A stretch of DNA of 63,479 nucleotides, filler included, from Octopus bimaculoides (Eukaryota): the NCBI RefSeq assembly GCF_001194135.2. It is 7 parts of 6 records of this genome, joined end to end, with 100 filler letters (N's around TTAATTAATTAA, not from the genome) between each part and the next. Parts side by side here need not be neighbours in the genome. Positions count along the whole stretch, not along the records: positions 41,397 to 45,334 come from NC_068987.1; positions 45,435 to 55,945 come from NC_068998.1; 5 more parts are not named here. One strand, 5' to 3'. The position numbers and the translations under genes are program-made. A model generated the notes under the pieces. The model saw only the letters and a program-made list of their open reading frames with translations, was not told the origin of the DNA and ran no database searches. Every line of letters begins with the position of its first letter. Positions within the stretch are counted from its first letter, which is position 1. Shown here piece by piece: positions 41,913 through 54,584 of the stretch.

Positions 41913-42595
41913 TTTTGTTTTTCTGTATTTTCGGTTGTGTTCCAACCATGTGACTGGGGTCATGCTGCAGCACCACCGTGACTTAGTGTGCAAGCATTTT
42001 TCATGTACATGCATGNNNNNNNNNNNNNNNNNNNNNNNNNNNNNNNNNNNNNNNNNNNNNNNNNNNNNNNNNNNNNNNNNNNNNNNNNNNNNNNNNNNNN
42101 NNNNNNNNNNNNNNNNNNNNNNNNNNNNNNNNNNNNNNNNNNNNNNNNNNNNNNNNNNNNNNNNNNNNNNNNNNNNNNNNNNNNNNNNNNNNNNNNNNNN
42201 NNNNNNNNNNNNNNNNNNNNNNNNNNNNNNNNNNNNNNNNNNNNNNNNNNNNNNNNNNNNNNNNNNNNNNNNNNNNNNNNNNNNNNNNNNNNNNNNNNNN
42301 NNNNNNNNNNNNNNNNNNNNNNNNNNNNNNNNNNNNNNNNNNNNNNNNNNNNNNNNNNNNNNNNNNNNNNNNNNNNNNNNNNNNNNNNNNNNNNNNNNNN
42401 NNNNNNNNNNNNNNNNNNNNNNNNNNNNNNNNNNNNNNNNNNNNNNNNNNNNNNNNNNNNNNNNNNNNNNNNNNNNNNNNNNNNNNNNNNNNNNNNNNNN
42501 NNNNNNNNNNNNNNNNNNNNNNNNNNNNNNNNNNNNNNNNNNNNNNNNNNNNNNNNNNNNNNNNNNNNNNNNNNNNNNNNNNNNNNNNNNNNNNN

Positions 42596-43012
42596 TATAT
42601 ACATACGTGCATACATGCATGCATGGATGCATACATATATACACACATACATACATGCATACATACATACATACATACATACATACATACATAAATGCAT
42701 ACATACATACATACATGCATGGATACATGCATACATGCATACATTCACACATACATGCATGAATATATGCATGCATACATACATGGCTATATAAATACTT
42801 ACATACACACATACATACATACATACATACATACATACATACATACATGGATACATAAATACTTACATACATACACACATACAAACATATATGCATGCAT
42901 ACATACATATATACATACATACATACATTCACACATACATAAATACACACATACATACATGCATATATGCATGCGTACATACATGCATACGTACATACAT
43001 ACATACACACAT
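42596..43012. repeat. Long degenerate (TACA/TGCA)n tract
   Basis: Direct reading; the source of several spurious ORFs. Confidence 0.95.
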
Positions 43013-43035
43013 AAATACATATTCTTTTTCCTTTT

Positions 43036-43193
43036 TTCTTTTACTTGTTTCAGTCGACTGCGGCTTTGCTGGAGCACCCGCTCAAGTCGAGAAAATCGAC
43101 CCCAGGACATATTCTTTGTTAGCCTAGTACTTATTCTATAGGTCGCTTTTGCCGAACCGCTAAACACACCAGCATTGGTTGTCAAGCGATGTT

Positions 43194-43253
<60 letters not shown>

Positions 43254-43406
43254 CGACGTGTGCTTCTTTCAGTTTCCGTCAACCAAATCCACTCACAAGG
43301 CTTTGGTCGGCCCGAGGCTATAGTAGAAGACACTTGCTGAAGGTGCCACACAGTGGCACTGAACCCAGAACCATGAGGTTGGTAAGCAAGCTACTTACCA
43401 CACTGC
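43036..43406 (-). mobile_element. SINE family A copy
   Basis: Reverse-complement match; internal (CA)n(TA)n at ~43197-43253. Confidence 0.85.
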
Positions 43407-43869
43407 TGATGGCAGTGGTAGTGGTGGTGGTGGTGGTGGTTGTGGTGGTGGTAACAGTGATGATGTTCATATTTGTGTTGATCATGAAAATGATAATGAT
43501 GATGGCGATGGTAATGATGTTGAGGACGACGACGATGATAATGACGGTGAGGATGAAGAAGATGCTGACGATATATTTCCTTTTTTATTTAGATTTGTTT
43601 TATTCATTGAATTCCTGTCATGTTGAACCAATTCGACGCACATCTGTTTTACTAAAAATCTCAGAGACGCAAAAAGCGTGCCTGAGCTTTCAGATATAAT
43701 CATTCTGAATCTTGAACTAACCAGTTTCTAAATATGGTAGTGTAACATTAAATGATGAATAACACCAGTTTATGTTAGCGTGCTCGGGTTACTTTATGGA
43801 GCCAGCTATTCGGCGACTGCTTGTTGTTATATTGACCACAAGTTCGAATATGATGTAACTCTGGTTTTT

Positions 43870-44056
43870 TGTTCCCCAGCCGGACGGGACGCCAGTCCAT
43901 CGCAACGTTACTCATTTTTGCCCGCTGAGTGAACTGGAGCAACGTGAAAGGGAGTGTTTTGCTCAAGAACACAACGCGTCGCGCAGCCCAGGAATCGAAA
44001 CCACAATCTTACGATCATGATGCTGACACCCTAACCACTAAGCCACACTCCTCCAC
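43870..44056 (-). mobile_element. SINE family C (tRNA head + CORE-like + V-domain-like segment)
   Basis: Minus strand: gtggcttagtggttagggtg (A box), ggtttcgattcctgg (B box), ttgtgttcttgagcaaaacact, then gcgatggactggcgtcccgtcc, which resembles the V-SINE central motif as I recall it. Confidence 0.7.
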
Positions 44057-44229
44057 TTATGTAACTCTGGTACAATACATGGTTGTTGGTTTCCTTCCCT
44101 CGTTAGAAATTTCAGTAAAACTTTAAAATTTTAAATTAAAATTTTTAATTTATGGAATGGTGTTAACTACTAATGTCTTGGAACTTACTAAAAGAGCTCT
44201 GTTTGTGACAGCAGTATGAAAGGTCAGTA

Positions 44230-44880
44230 TGAAAGGTCAGTTGTCCTACGAGTGCTGCAATGTGTGCAATTTATTTTAGTGACAAAGACAGCAGTAGTGT
44301 GCTTCGGATAAATAATCAGAGCCTTGTCTAGAACGTTCCAAGTATATAATTTCTCTTTTCCGAAGCTTTTCAGATAAGACAGGCTAGAGAATTTTCCTTG
44401 TCCCTGGACTCGAAGGAGTTTATATGCAGCTTGAATCTTATTATGAAGTCATTTATTAACTCTCCGCTTTTCACATGATCACAAATTATCTCCATCTGCT
44501 ACAAATAGCAGTATTGATCAACTAAGACATGAGATCTGCTATATTTGAATAAATGTCATACGAGAGGCTATTCAGTCTCAGCACCTTGTACTTTGTGTAA
44601 CCACCCATTGGCTCTCCTGCCCTAAAACTGATTCCACAGTTTGTGCCAGTTTGCTTCTTCTGCTGTGAGTTGTGGCATAATGTCGAGACAAGTTTTGAAG
44701 CCCCACTATCTCTGGGTTTACTCAACCACTCCACTTCTTCAGTCTGGCAAAATTCTGCCGTAAAGTCTGTTAGGGATCGGTTACTCCCGTACGCACATTC
44801 GGGTCCGTCAAAGATCGTGCTTGATAATTTCCGTCATTTCAACTATCCGAGTTTACAGAATCACTTTCGCACCCTCCTAT
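44230..44880 (-). mobile_element. L1/Tx1-like LINE fragment (RT N-terminal region)
   Basis: Minus-strand MPQLTAEEA...LNSLSYDIYSNIADL (PGLDGLPYELY-like), followed by HCSTRRT (TCAxPGRT-like). Confidence 0.5.
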
Positions 44881-44902
44881 TTATTAATACGTACCCTTGC
44901 AA

Positions 44903-45326
44903 GGCGGCGAACCGGCAGAAACGTTAGCGTGCCGGTCGAAATGCTTAGCGGAATTTCGTCCGTCTTTTCGTTCTGAGTTCAAATACCGCCGAGGTCGACT
45001 TTGCCCTTTCATCTTTTCGGGGTCGATAAATTAAGTACCAGTTACGCACTGGAGTCGATGTAATCGACTTAATCCCTTTGTCTGTCCTTGTTTGTCCCCT
45101 CTATGTTTACCCCCTTGTGAGCAATAAAGAAATAAGAAACGTTAGCACGCCGGGCGAAATGCTTAGCGATATTATGTCTGTCTTTACGTTCTGCGTTCAA
45201 ATTCCACCGAGGTTAACTTTGCTTTTCATCCTTTCGGGGTCGATAAATTAAGTACCAGTTGTGTACTAATCGACTGGTGCCCTTCCCAAAAATTTCGGGC
45301 CTTGTGCCTAGAAGAGAAAAGAATAT
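44903..45326 (+). mobile_element. SINE family B dimer
   Basis: Head ggcggcgaaccggcagaaacgttagc, B-box-like gagttcaaatacc, core gtcgactttgccctttcatcttttcggggtcgataaattaagtacc, tail X ending aaagaaataag (45136). The second monomer starts aaacgttagcacgccgggcg and ends in tail Y. gtaccctt occurs on both flanks. Confidence 0.88.
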
Positions 45327-45334
45327 GTACCCTT

Positions 45335-45434
45335 NNNNNNNNNNNNNNNNNNNNNNNNNNNNNNNNNNNNNNNNNNNNTTAATTAATTAANNNNNNNNNN
45401 NNNNNNNNNNNNNNNNNNNNNNNNNNNNNNNNNN
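45335..45434. other. Artificial 100-bp contig spacer
   Basis: N44-TTAATTAATTAA-N44. Confidence 0.97.
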
Positions 45435-45514
45435 TCTTTCTCTCACATTCACACACACAAAATGCTTCAATCGTCATAACAGACGAAACCAATGCATACA
45501 CACACATACGCTCG

Positions 45515-45584
<70 letters not shown>

Positions 45585-46479
45585 AGTGTATATAAAAATG
45601 AGTGCGCACGTATGTGTGTTGTCCATATCTTCCTCGCTCGCCCCTCTCTCTACACACACGCATACACGCAGACATATAGAAGCACACACACACACATACA
45701 TGGATTCATATTTACATATCCATGTTTATTTAAAAGAAATACGCTTGCACATAATAGCAGATAAGTGCATGCACATGCGTCGAACGCATGCACACACGAA
45801 TGAACACAAGTGCATGCATGTATATGTATATGCATGCATATTTGTGTATCTACGTGTATGTACATATATATATATATATACACATATATATATTTATATA
45901 TATATACATATATATATATGAGTGTGTATGTGTGTGTGCGTATGCATATACATATACATAGGAGAGCACATGCGCACATTTGCATATACACGCGCATGCA
46001 CATGCGCACCTCGTGTTGGACCTAATAACTAGTATACGAATAAAATATATTGAAAAATACACGGTAAAATCCTATCTCACAGATAAGGTCACGTGATGCG
46101 TGAGGACGAGATGGAGCTGATAGCCATTATGTATATGAGTCAGTTGAAACAGTACCGGGGGTGAGAACCTCAAGTACGGCGACGGATGAGAGGCACGGAA
46201 GATGTTAGGGGGAGGGGAGGGGAAGAAAGAAGAAAAGTAAATAGTCAACAAAAACATAGAAATACTAAAGCATGATAATAATAATAATAATGGCGATGAT
46301 GATGATGATGATGATGATGATAATTATCAACAAACGGTGATAACATAAACTGTTATAATAAGATTTGATGCTAACAATCAGCAAAAGACACCGCTCCTCT
46401 CTTCCCCCTTTCAACCGACGTAAAATGAGTATTTATTTGTTTTGCAATTAGGTACATTAGCGTGTTCAGTCAGAATGGC

Positions 46480-46694
46480 GAGCTTAAAGCAGGAATATGG
46501 TGGCCGAAGCATTTGCAGTCAGAAGACAGGCTTATAGGTGTAGCTTGTGGGTGAGCTTTAAGCTGTGAATAGAGTAGCCGAAACATTCGTAGTTTGAAGG
46601 CAAGCTTCAACCTGAAATATGGCGACCGAAACAGTCGTATTTTTGAAGGTAAGCTTACTGTCAATATGGCGGCTGAAACAATCATATTTTGCAG
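46480..46694. repeat. Degenerate ~48-bp tandem repeat with AANATGGCGG-type motifs
   Basis: Four diverged units of the form aagctt...aatatggcggccgaaaca.tcgta.tttgaagg. Anchors c(c/t)gaa at 46504, 46578, 46626 and 46673. Confidence 0.6.
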
Positions 46695-46730
46695 AATTTA
46701 AACAGGATCAGGTGTGGTTGTGTGGAGGCG

Positions 46731-46890
46731 CAGGTGTGGCTGTGTGGTAAGGAGCTTGCCTCTCATCCCCATGGTTCCGGGTTCAGACCCAGTGTGTGAC
46801 ACGTTGGGTTGGTGTCTTCTACTATATCCTCGGGCCGCCCAAAGCCTTGTGAGTGGATTTGGTAGACAGGAACTGAAAGCCTGTCGTATA
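46731..46890 (+). mobile_element. SINE family A, 5' half only, running into (TG)(TA)n
   Basis: caggtgtggctgtgtggtaagg...ggttcagaccc...gccttgtgagtggatttggtagac. Confidence 0.8.
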
Positions 46891-46898
46891 CGTATAAA

Positions 46899-46965
<67 letters not shown>

Positions 46966-48185
46966 GTATATATGTATATGTTTGTATGTGTGTGCTTGTG
47001 TGTGTGTGTGTGTGTGTGTGTGTGTCTGTGTGTGTGTGTGTGTGTGTGTAGACAAGAGTGTTAGTAAGCAGTGTTGCTACTGGGTGTCGCTTCCCCCCAA
47101 AACCGCATTAGGCCAACTCACGCACTTCATTTGTCTCCATTCACCAAATATTTTGGTTCCGTTTCCAATCTGTGTCTCTCGATTTATTCATTTGCAAACA
47201 TTTGCACTGAAACACAGCCACACACCCACACCCACACCCACACCCCCACACACATGCAGAACGTGTAGTTGTTTCCTTTTCGCCAATGAATCGCTGACCA
47301 CACGTGTCTCATTAACATAACCATTCACAACCAATATCGCCTCAATTATGGAAACCATCGTCGTCGTCTTCGTTGTCATCGTCAATACCACCACCACCAC
47401 CACCACCATCATCATCACCATTACCACCACCACCAACACCATCCGCCACCACTATCACTACCACTACGACTACCACCAGTAACACCACTACTACTACTAT
47501 CACGTCCACAACCCCGACACCACCAACACCACTACGACTGATACTACAACCATCACAACCATCACCACTACTGCTACTACTACTATTGCTAGTACCACAA
47601 TCACCACCACCACCACCACCACCACCACTTCCACACCACCACGTCATCGTCCTCGCCAAGTCAGGCTACAGCAAACCTGGCACATCACGCAGTAAGTGGT
47701 TTGGGGTTGACACACGACAGGCAGAAGCTTGAAACGCGTGTCTTGGGATAACATTGACGTTAGTGCTGTTGTTGTTGTTGTTGTTGTTNNNNNNNNNNNN
47801 NNNNNNNNNNNNNNNNNNNNNNNNNNNNNNNNNNNNNNNNNNNNNNNNNNNNNNNNNNNNNNNNNNNNNNNNNNNNNNNNNNNNNNNNNNNNNNNNNNNN
47901 NNNNNNNNNNNNNNNNNNNNNNNNNNNNNNNNNNNNNNNNNNNNNNNNNNNNNNNNNNNNNNNNNNNNNNNNNNNNNNNNNNNNNNNNNNNNNNNNNNNN
48001 NNNNNNNNNNNNNNNNNNNNNNNNNNNNNNNNNNNNNNNNNNNNNNNNNNNNNNNNGTGTTGGTGATGGTGATGGTGATGGTGACGATGATGATGATATC
48101 TTCACATCAGTTGCTGCAGAATCTTTCAGAACTTACTTCGCAAGTCCTTCGTTTCTTAACAAAAAAAAACAAAAAAAAAAAAACG

Positions 48186-48550
48186 CGTTTAACTTTTCCT
48201 CTGCCGCTACGTTCTGAGTTCAAATTCCGCCGAGGTCGACTTTGTCTTTCATCCTTTCGGAGTCGATTAAATAAGTACCAATTATGCACTGTGGTCGATG
48301 TTACCGACTTAACTCTTCTGTCTGTCCTTGTTTGTTCCCTCTGTGTGTAGCCCCTTGTGGGCAGTAAAGAAATAAGAAAAGTAAGCACGTCGGGCGAAAT
48401 GCTTAGCGGTATTTCGTCTGTCTTTATGTTCTGAGTTTAAATTCCGCCGAGGTCCAGTTAAGTACCAGTTGTGTACTGGGAATCGATCTAAACGACTGGC
48501 CCCCTTCCCCCCAAATTTCGGGCCTTGTGCCTAGAGTAGAAAAAAAATAT
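48186..48550 (+). mobile_element. Second SINE family B dimer (5'-truncated)
   Basis: Same X-tail/second-monomer junction aaagaaataag|aaaagtaagcacgtcgggcg at 48376/48377; ends in tail Y cttgtgcctagagtagaaaa. Confidence 0.85.
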
Positions 48551-49683
48551 TTGTATGTATATTATATAGTTATAAATATAAAAGATTCAGAGAAGGACTG
48601 GCTCCCTAGACATATGTAGCTCAAGACCACTGGTTTGTGGAAATGCTCCGATGTCACACGAATCGATCCCCTCACCCATAGGCCTTCTGCCTGGAATATT
48701 TACAAATAGGCGAGCAGGAGAGTAGCAGAATTAACTGATGAAACCGTAAGAAAGAAATGAGAAAATTCTGCTCTATCTTTCCCAAGAAGAATTATGGACC
48801 TTCAGACTTCAGATGGCGAGACATGATTGTCGACCCCTGTAGGCATGGCACATGAGAAGATGTTGTTGTTATTGCTGTAGTTTAGCCCCCGAGTCTGTTT
48901 TATAATATAAGGCTTTCCTGCCGTGACCTTCTCGTCTTTTTTTTCTTATCTTTTTTGCAAAAGACAGGCCCACATTATCCGATGTAGGTCGTGCGATCAC
49001 GTAGTGTGCTTCATTGACATAGTTCAATGTTTCCTAGAGATAAAAACTGTAAACCAAAATGCGAAGAATTTCATCAACGCAATTCTCTTCGTCACGTGAC
49101 AAGTGTGGGAGGAGAAGACATTTTCTTTTTTTCTCTTTTCAAGATCTCCAGTCTCACAGACACGATTTTGTATGCATATATATATGTATGTATGTATATA
49201 TATATACATACATACATATATATATATATATANNNNNNNNNNNNNNNNNNNNNNNNNNNNNNNNNNNNNNNNNNNNNNNNNNNNNNNNNNNNNNNNNNNN
49301 NNNNNNNNNNNNNNNNNNNNNNNNNNNNNNNNNNNNNNNNNNNNNNNNNNNNNNNNNNNNNNNNNNNNNNNNNNNNNNNNNNNNNNNNNNNNNNNNNNNN
49401 NNNNNNNNNNNNNNNNNNNNNNNNNNNNNNNNNNNNNNNNNNNNNNNNNNNNNNNNNNNNNNNNNNNNNNNNNNNNNNNNNNNNNNNNNNNNNNNNNNNN
49501 NNNNNNNNNNNNNNNNNNNNNNNNNNNNNNNNNNNNNNNNNNNNNNNNNNNNNNNNNNNNNNNNNNNNNNNNNNNNNNNNNNNNNNNNNNNNNNNNNNNN
49601 NNNNNNNNNNNNNNNNNNNNNNNNNNNNNNNNNNNNNNNNNNNNNNNNNNNNNNNNNNNNNNNNNNNNNNNNNNNNNNNNNNN

Positions 49684-49719
<36 letters not shown>

Positions 49720-51763
49720 AAGCCATGCCATTTGAAGGTGATGGTCACTTCGAATCTTCTGATAGCTTCTTCTTGTTTCTAATCTTATAATTGTTCTCCT
49801 TGCTATTGTTGTTGTTGTTGTTGTTGTAGCGGTAATTCTTCTCCTCTTCCTCCTTCACCTTCTCCACCTCCTCCTGCTTCTTCTTTCCCACAACTCCGCC
49901 TGCTCTCCCCACCCCCACCCCAATGCCAAACGCTAAATGTTTCAATGTTAGTTTGTTTTCTTGACCTATTTATGAGTTAAATAGGTCAACAGTTCGCAAA
50001 ATATCAGATTAAAGTAAGCCAAAAATAAAGCATCTGTATGTATGTGTGCGTGAGGATATATATATTATATATATATATGCAAACACATCGTCATCCACAT
50101 GTGCATAGATGTACATGTGTATGTGTGTGTGTGTACATATTAACATATGTATGCATATATGTGTGTATTTGTGTGTGTGCGCAATTACGAGCTAGTATAC
50201 ACATGCATATATAAGTGTACCCTTATGTGTGTGTATATATATATATATATATATACAAGAATAAGGGCAGGGAATCGTCAATTAGTAATAGAATTAATAA
50301 TTAATAATTATTAATTCTATTACTAATTGACGANNNNNNNNNNNNNNNNNNNNNNNNNNNNNNNNNNNNNNNNNNNNNNNNNNNNNNNNNNNNNNNNNNN
50401 NNNNNNNNNNNNNNNNNNNNNNNNNNNNNNNNNNNNNNNNNNNNNNNNNNNNNNNNNNNNNNNNNNNNNNNNNNNNNNNNNNNNNNNNNNNNNNNNNNNN
50501 NNNNNNNNNNNNNNNNNNNNNNNNNNNNNNNNNNNNNNNNNNNNNNNNNNNNNNNNNNNNNNNNNNNNNNNNNNNNNNNNNNNNNNNNNNNNNNNNNNNN
50601 NNNNNNNNNNNNNNNNNNNNNNNNNNNNNNNNNNNNNNNNNNNNNNNNNNNNNNNNNNNNNNNNNNNNNNNNNNNNNNNNNNNNNNNNNNNNNNNNNNNN
50701 NNNNNNNNNNNNNNNNNNNNNNNNNNNNNNNNNNNNNNNNNNNNNNNNNNNNNNNNNNNNNNNNNNNNNNNNNNNNNNNNNNNNNNNNNNNNNNNNNNNN
50801 NNNNNNNNNNNNNNNNNNNNNNNNNNNNNNNNNNNNNNNNNNNNNNNNNNNNNNNNNNNNNNNNNNNNNNNNNNNNNNNNNNNNNNNNNNNNNNNNNNNN
50901 NNNNNNNNNNNNNNNNNNNNNNNNNNNNNNNNNNNNNNNNNNNNNNNNNNNNNNNNNNNNNNNNNNNNNNNNNNNNNNNNATATATATATACACGGCTAT
51001 GTCTATTAGAATTCGTAAATATTTAGATGTACATATAAATGTATGTATATATACGCATGTATACACACTCATATACACAAACGCATACATGCATATATAT
51101 ATATATATATATATAATATACATATATTTCATATATATATATCCATACATATATATACATACATATATATATACACACACGAACCCACACATACACATAC
51201 GATATGTGTGTGTTATTGTTTTTTTTCTTTTTCTTTCTTCTTTTTATAATTATTCGAATTCTTCTTAGAAACAAGGATCCGGTTACCAACAAAAAAAACC
51301 AACCTCGATCTTCGGAATTTAGACAACAACAACAGCAACAATAATGCAGGGTTAAATGTTCAACTTGCGAGCAGTCCTATATACTCATATTCTGTTGTCT
51401 TTACAAATTCCGTCCGATGATTGTGCATTTGTTAAGCAATTTCTTCGTCCGAAGTCCGCAACTTGGTCTCGATTGTTTTTATAACAGGACCAATGTGCAC
51501 CAACATGGGCGCAGCTCTCAAATTGAAATTAGTTAAAGTGTTAAAGAGTTGTAAAAATAAACTTAAATCTACCATCAAGGCTTGGAACTTGTACGTTTCG
51601 AAACAATTTTTCTACAAATATTGTCTTTGCTTCTGAATTTTAAAAGACAAAAAAAAAAAAAATGTTTATATCTGCAGGACAACTACATAAGTTTTAATTG
51701 GTCATGTTAGGTTTCGAAAGAAAGTCTCTGAACAAAAATATTCTTTTTGTTTCTGATCTTAAC

Positions 51764-51814
<51 letters not shown>

Positions 51815-51899
51815 TAAAAGCTGACCATATTATTGAAGCGAGTCGGCTGCGCATGACCACAGAGGATATAATATAAAACTATAAAGCCTTCTGCTCTAT

Positions 51900-52024
51900 G
51901 TTCGTAAACCTTGCCTTTCATCCTCTCGAGATCGATAAAATAAGTAGCAGTTCATCACTGGGGACGATATAACCGAACTATCCACCGCCCTCGAAATTGC
52001 TGGCCTTGTGCCAAAATTTGAAAC
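51900..52024 (+). mobile_element. SINE family B core + Z tail, followed by (ATT)n
   Basis: ccttgcctttcatcctctcgagatcgataaaataagtagc...aaattgctggccttgtgccaaaatttgaaac. Similar tails at ~53130-53160 and ~61590-61640. Confidence 0.7.
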
Positions 52025-52047
52025 TATTATTATCATTATTATTATTA

Positions 52048-52103
<56 letters not shown>

Positions 52104-53194
52104 ATTATTATTATCATTATTATTGTTATTATTTCAACTACTACTACTACTACTACTACAACTAGAAGAAGAAGAAGAAGAAGAAGAAGAAGAAGAAGAA
52201 GAAATAACTATGTAAAAAGATAATTAATAATTAATTCGATAAAAAGTACCCATTCAACTAAACGTACCACAACGATTTGAGGTCCTTCGTACTCCCCTAA
52301 TTATATGAATTACTCCCTAATCAAACGCACCAATCGCTCAGCTAACCAGCCCCTAGGTTTTAGGTGCTGCCAATGTCCAATGTGAGTTAGGTCGAAATAA
52401 GTTCGTTTCCAAACAAGGTGTATATTTACGAAGGGATTATAGTGTTTTCACCTGGATTTCATTTAATCCATCATGGCGTCGTTGTAGTTTTTAAAGAATG
52501 ATATATAATGTTACTATGTAGAGTAGCGAATGATAAAAGAAAAAAAAAGAAATGCAATCCGTGTATAAACAAAACGAAGCACATATACGTATACATATAT
52601 ATACATACAGGCACACGTACACACATAAATATGTACATATGTATATATGTACATATATATATATGTGTGTATATAGATATACATATATATATGTCTATAT
52701 ATATGTATATATATGTATATTTATATGTANNNNNNNNNNTATACATACATACATATACAAATGTATATGTAGATATGTACATGTGTATTTGTATATATAT
52801 ATATCTATATATATATATATATAATAACATGAATAATATATATTTGTACATACCAACATCTATATGTATACACACAAGCATATATGGATACAGAACATCA
52901 CAAAAAACGTTAAACACAATGAGAAACGAAAAGATAAAGACGAAAACAGAAAACGAACTTTTTTTCGAACAACGAAAAAAAACAGAGAAACGAGACATGC
53001 AACATAAAGAAAATTTCCCTTCTTCAGTTGTCCCTGCTCCATCTACTCCGCGTTTCGAAGGCAAGAACAATACGCGACTTCGTTGGAGCAGTCCTTCTGA
53101 AATCAATTTAACCACCCACCCACCCACTCGACATTGCTGGCCTTGTGCCAAAATTTAAATCTATTTTAGAATATTTTCTAATGCTTGATAAAAT

Positions 53195-53280
53195 GACAGG
53201 AGGATCATTGTTGGAACATCATTCATAACAGGTATTCTCAACCGAGGCTAACCTGGGGCTAAACAACAACAACAACAAGA
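53195..53280 (+). repeat. Dispersed repeat family D (ends gctaacctggggctaaac(aac)n), probably a SINE
   Basis: Related ends at ~61240-61292 (+) and ~22365-22420, ~22888-22940, ~48860-48930 (-). Confidence 0.45.
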
Positions 53281-53442
53281 ATAACAACAACAACAGCGGC
53301 AGCAACAACAACAACATCTACATCATCAACATCACCATCGACAACAGCAACGTCTACAATATGAATAGCAGTAACAATCTAAATGATAACGACAACAACA
53401 ACAACAACAACAACAAAGACTATCTGTTTTATTAGAGACGGA

Positions 53443-53489
<47 letters not shown>

Positions 53490-54343
53490 CAGTATATGCT
53501 ACACTTGTGATCTTGTATTTTTAAGTTTACACCACCACCTCTTCTAAACTTCATTTCTTAAAGAATTTGTTAACAACTTGGAGAATAATTTGTAGGAGAT
53601 ACGATAATATATTATAAAAAAATACACACAGACCCTTGTTTTCTTCTAATTGGAACCATTTACCAATAAATGGAACAATTTGTTCCAGAAATCTCAGGAG
53701 ACTTGACTGATTTATTTTCATATTTTATATTCCTGTTCAGATTTGTGTTTANNNNNNNNNNNNNNNNNNNNNNNNNNNNNNNNNNNNNNNNNNNNNNNNN
53801 NNNNNNNNNNNNNNNNNNNNNNNNNNNNNNNNNNNNNNNNNNNNNNNNNNNNNNNNNNNNNNNNNNNNNNNNNNNNNNNNNNNNNNNNNNNNNNNNNNNN
53901 NNNNNNNNNNNNNNNNNNNNNNNNNNNNNNNNNNNNNNNNNNNNNNNNNNNNNNNNNNNNNNNNNNNNNNNNNNNNNNNNNNNNNNNNNNNNNNNNNNNN
54001 NNNNNNNNNNNNNNNNNNNNNNNNNNNNNNNNNNNNNNNNNNNNNNNNNNNNNNNNNNNNNNNNNNNNNNNNNNNNNNNNNNNNNNNNNNNNNNNNNNNN
54101 NNNNNNNNNNNNNNNNNNNNNNNNNNNNNNNNNNNNNNNNNNNNNNNNNNNNNNNNNNNNNNNNNNNNNNNNNNNNNNNNNNNNNNNNNNNNNNNNNNNN
54201 NNNNNNNNNNNNNNNNNNNNNNNNNNNNNNNNNNNNNNNNNNNNNNNNNNNNNNNNNNNNNNNNNNCTAAATACCGCTAAGCATTTCGCCCGGCGTGCTA
54301 ACGTTTTATCCATATTCACGTACGTGTGTGTGTGTGTGTGTGT

Positions 54344-54380
<37 letters not shown>

Positions 54381-54383
54381 TGT

Positions 54384-54584
54384 GTATTTGTCCCCACCAA
54401 CGCTTGACAACAGCAGTTTTAGTGTGTTTCTGTCCCCGTAACTTAGCAGTTCGACAAAAGGGTCCGATAGAATTAGTAACAGGCTTACAGAAGCTAATAA
54501 GTATTGGGGGTCGATTCATCCGACTAAAAAGTTCTACAAGGTGGCGCCCCAGCATAGCCGCAGTCTGATGAATGAAACAATTAA
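54384..54584 (+). mobile_element. SINE family A, 3' half, following (TG)n
   Basis: tttgtccccaccaacgcttgacaac...ccccgtaacttagcagttcg...gtcgattcatccgactaaaa...gccgcagtc. Confidence 0.75.

Noticed and set aside
41475-43010. Longest ORFs in the track (511 aa here; also 20507-21340, 49024-49782, 50323-51268, 53660-54407)
   Set aside because: They run through N gaps and (TA/CA/TACA)n tracts; the translations are X-runs and YI/HT/CV repeats.
47342-47732. Pro/Thr-rich and Gly/Val-rich ORFs resembling extensin or mucin (also 10719-11003 and 33021-33389)
   Set aside because: Translations of (CAC/ACC/GAT)n trinucleotide tracts, open in several frames, with no splice evidence.
51345-51480. VKCSTCEQSYI...FRPMIVH, possibly a Penelope GIY-YIG remnant
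   Set aside because: Too short and frameshifted to support; needs an HMM search.
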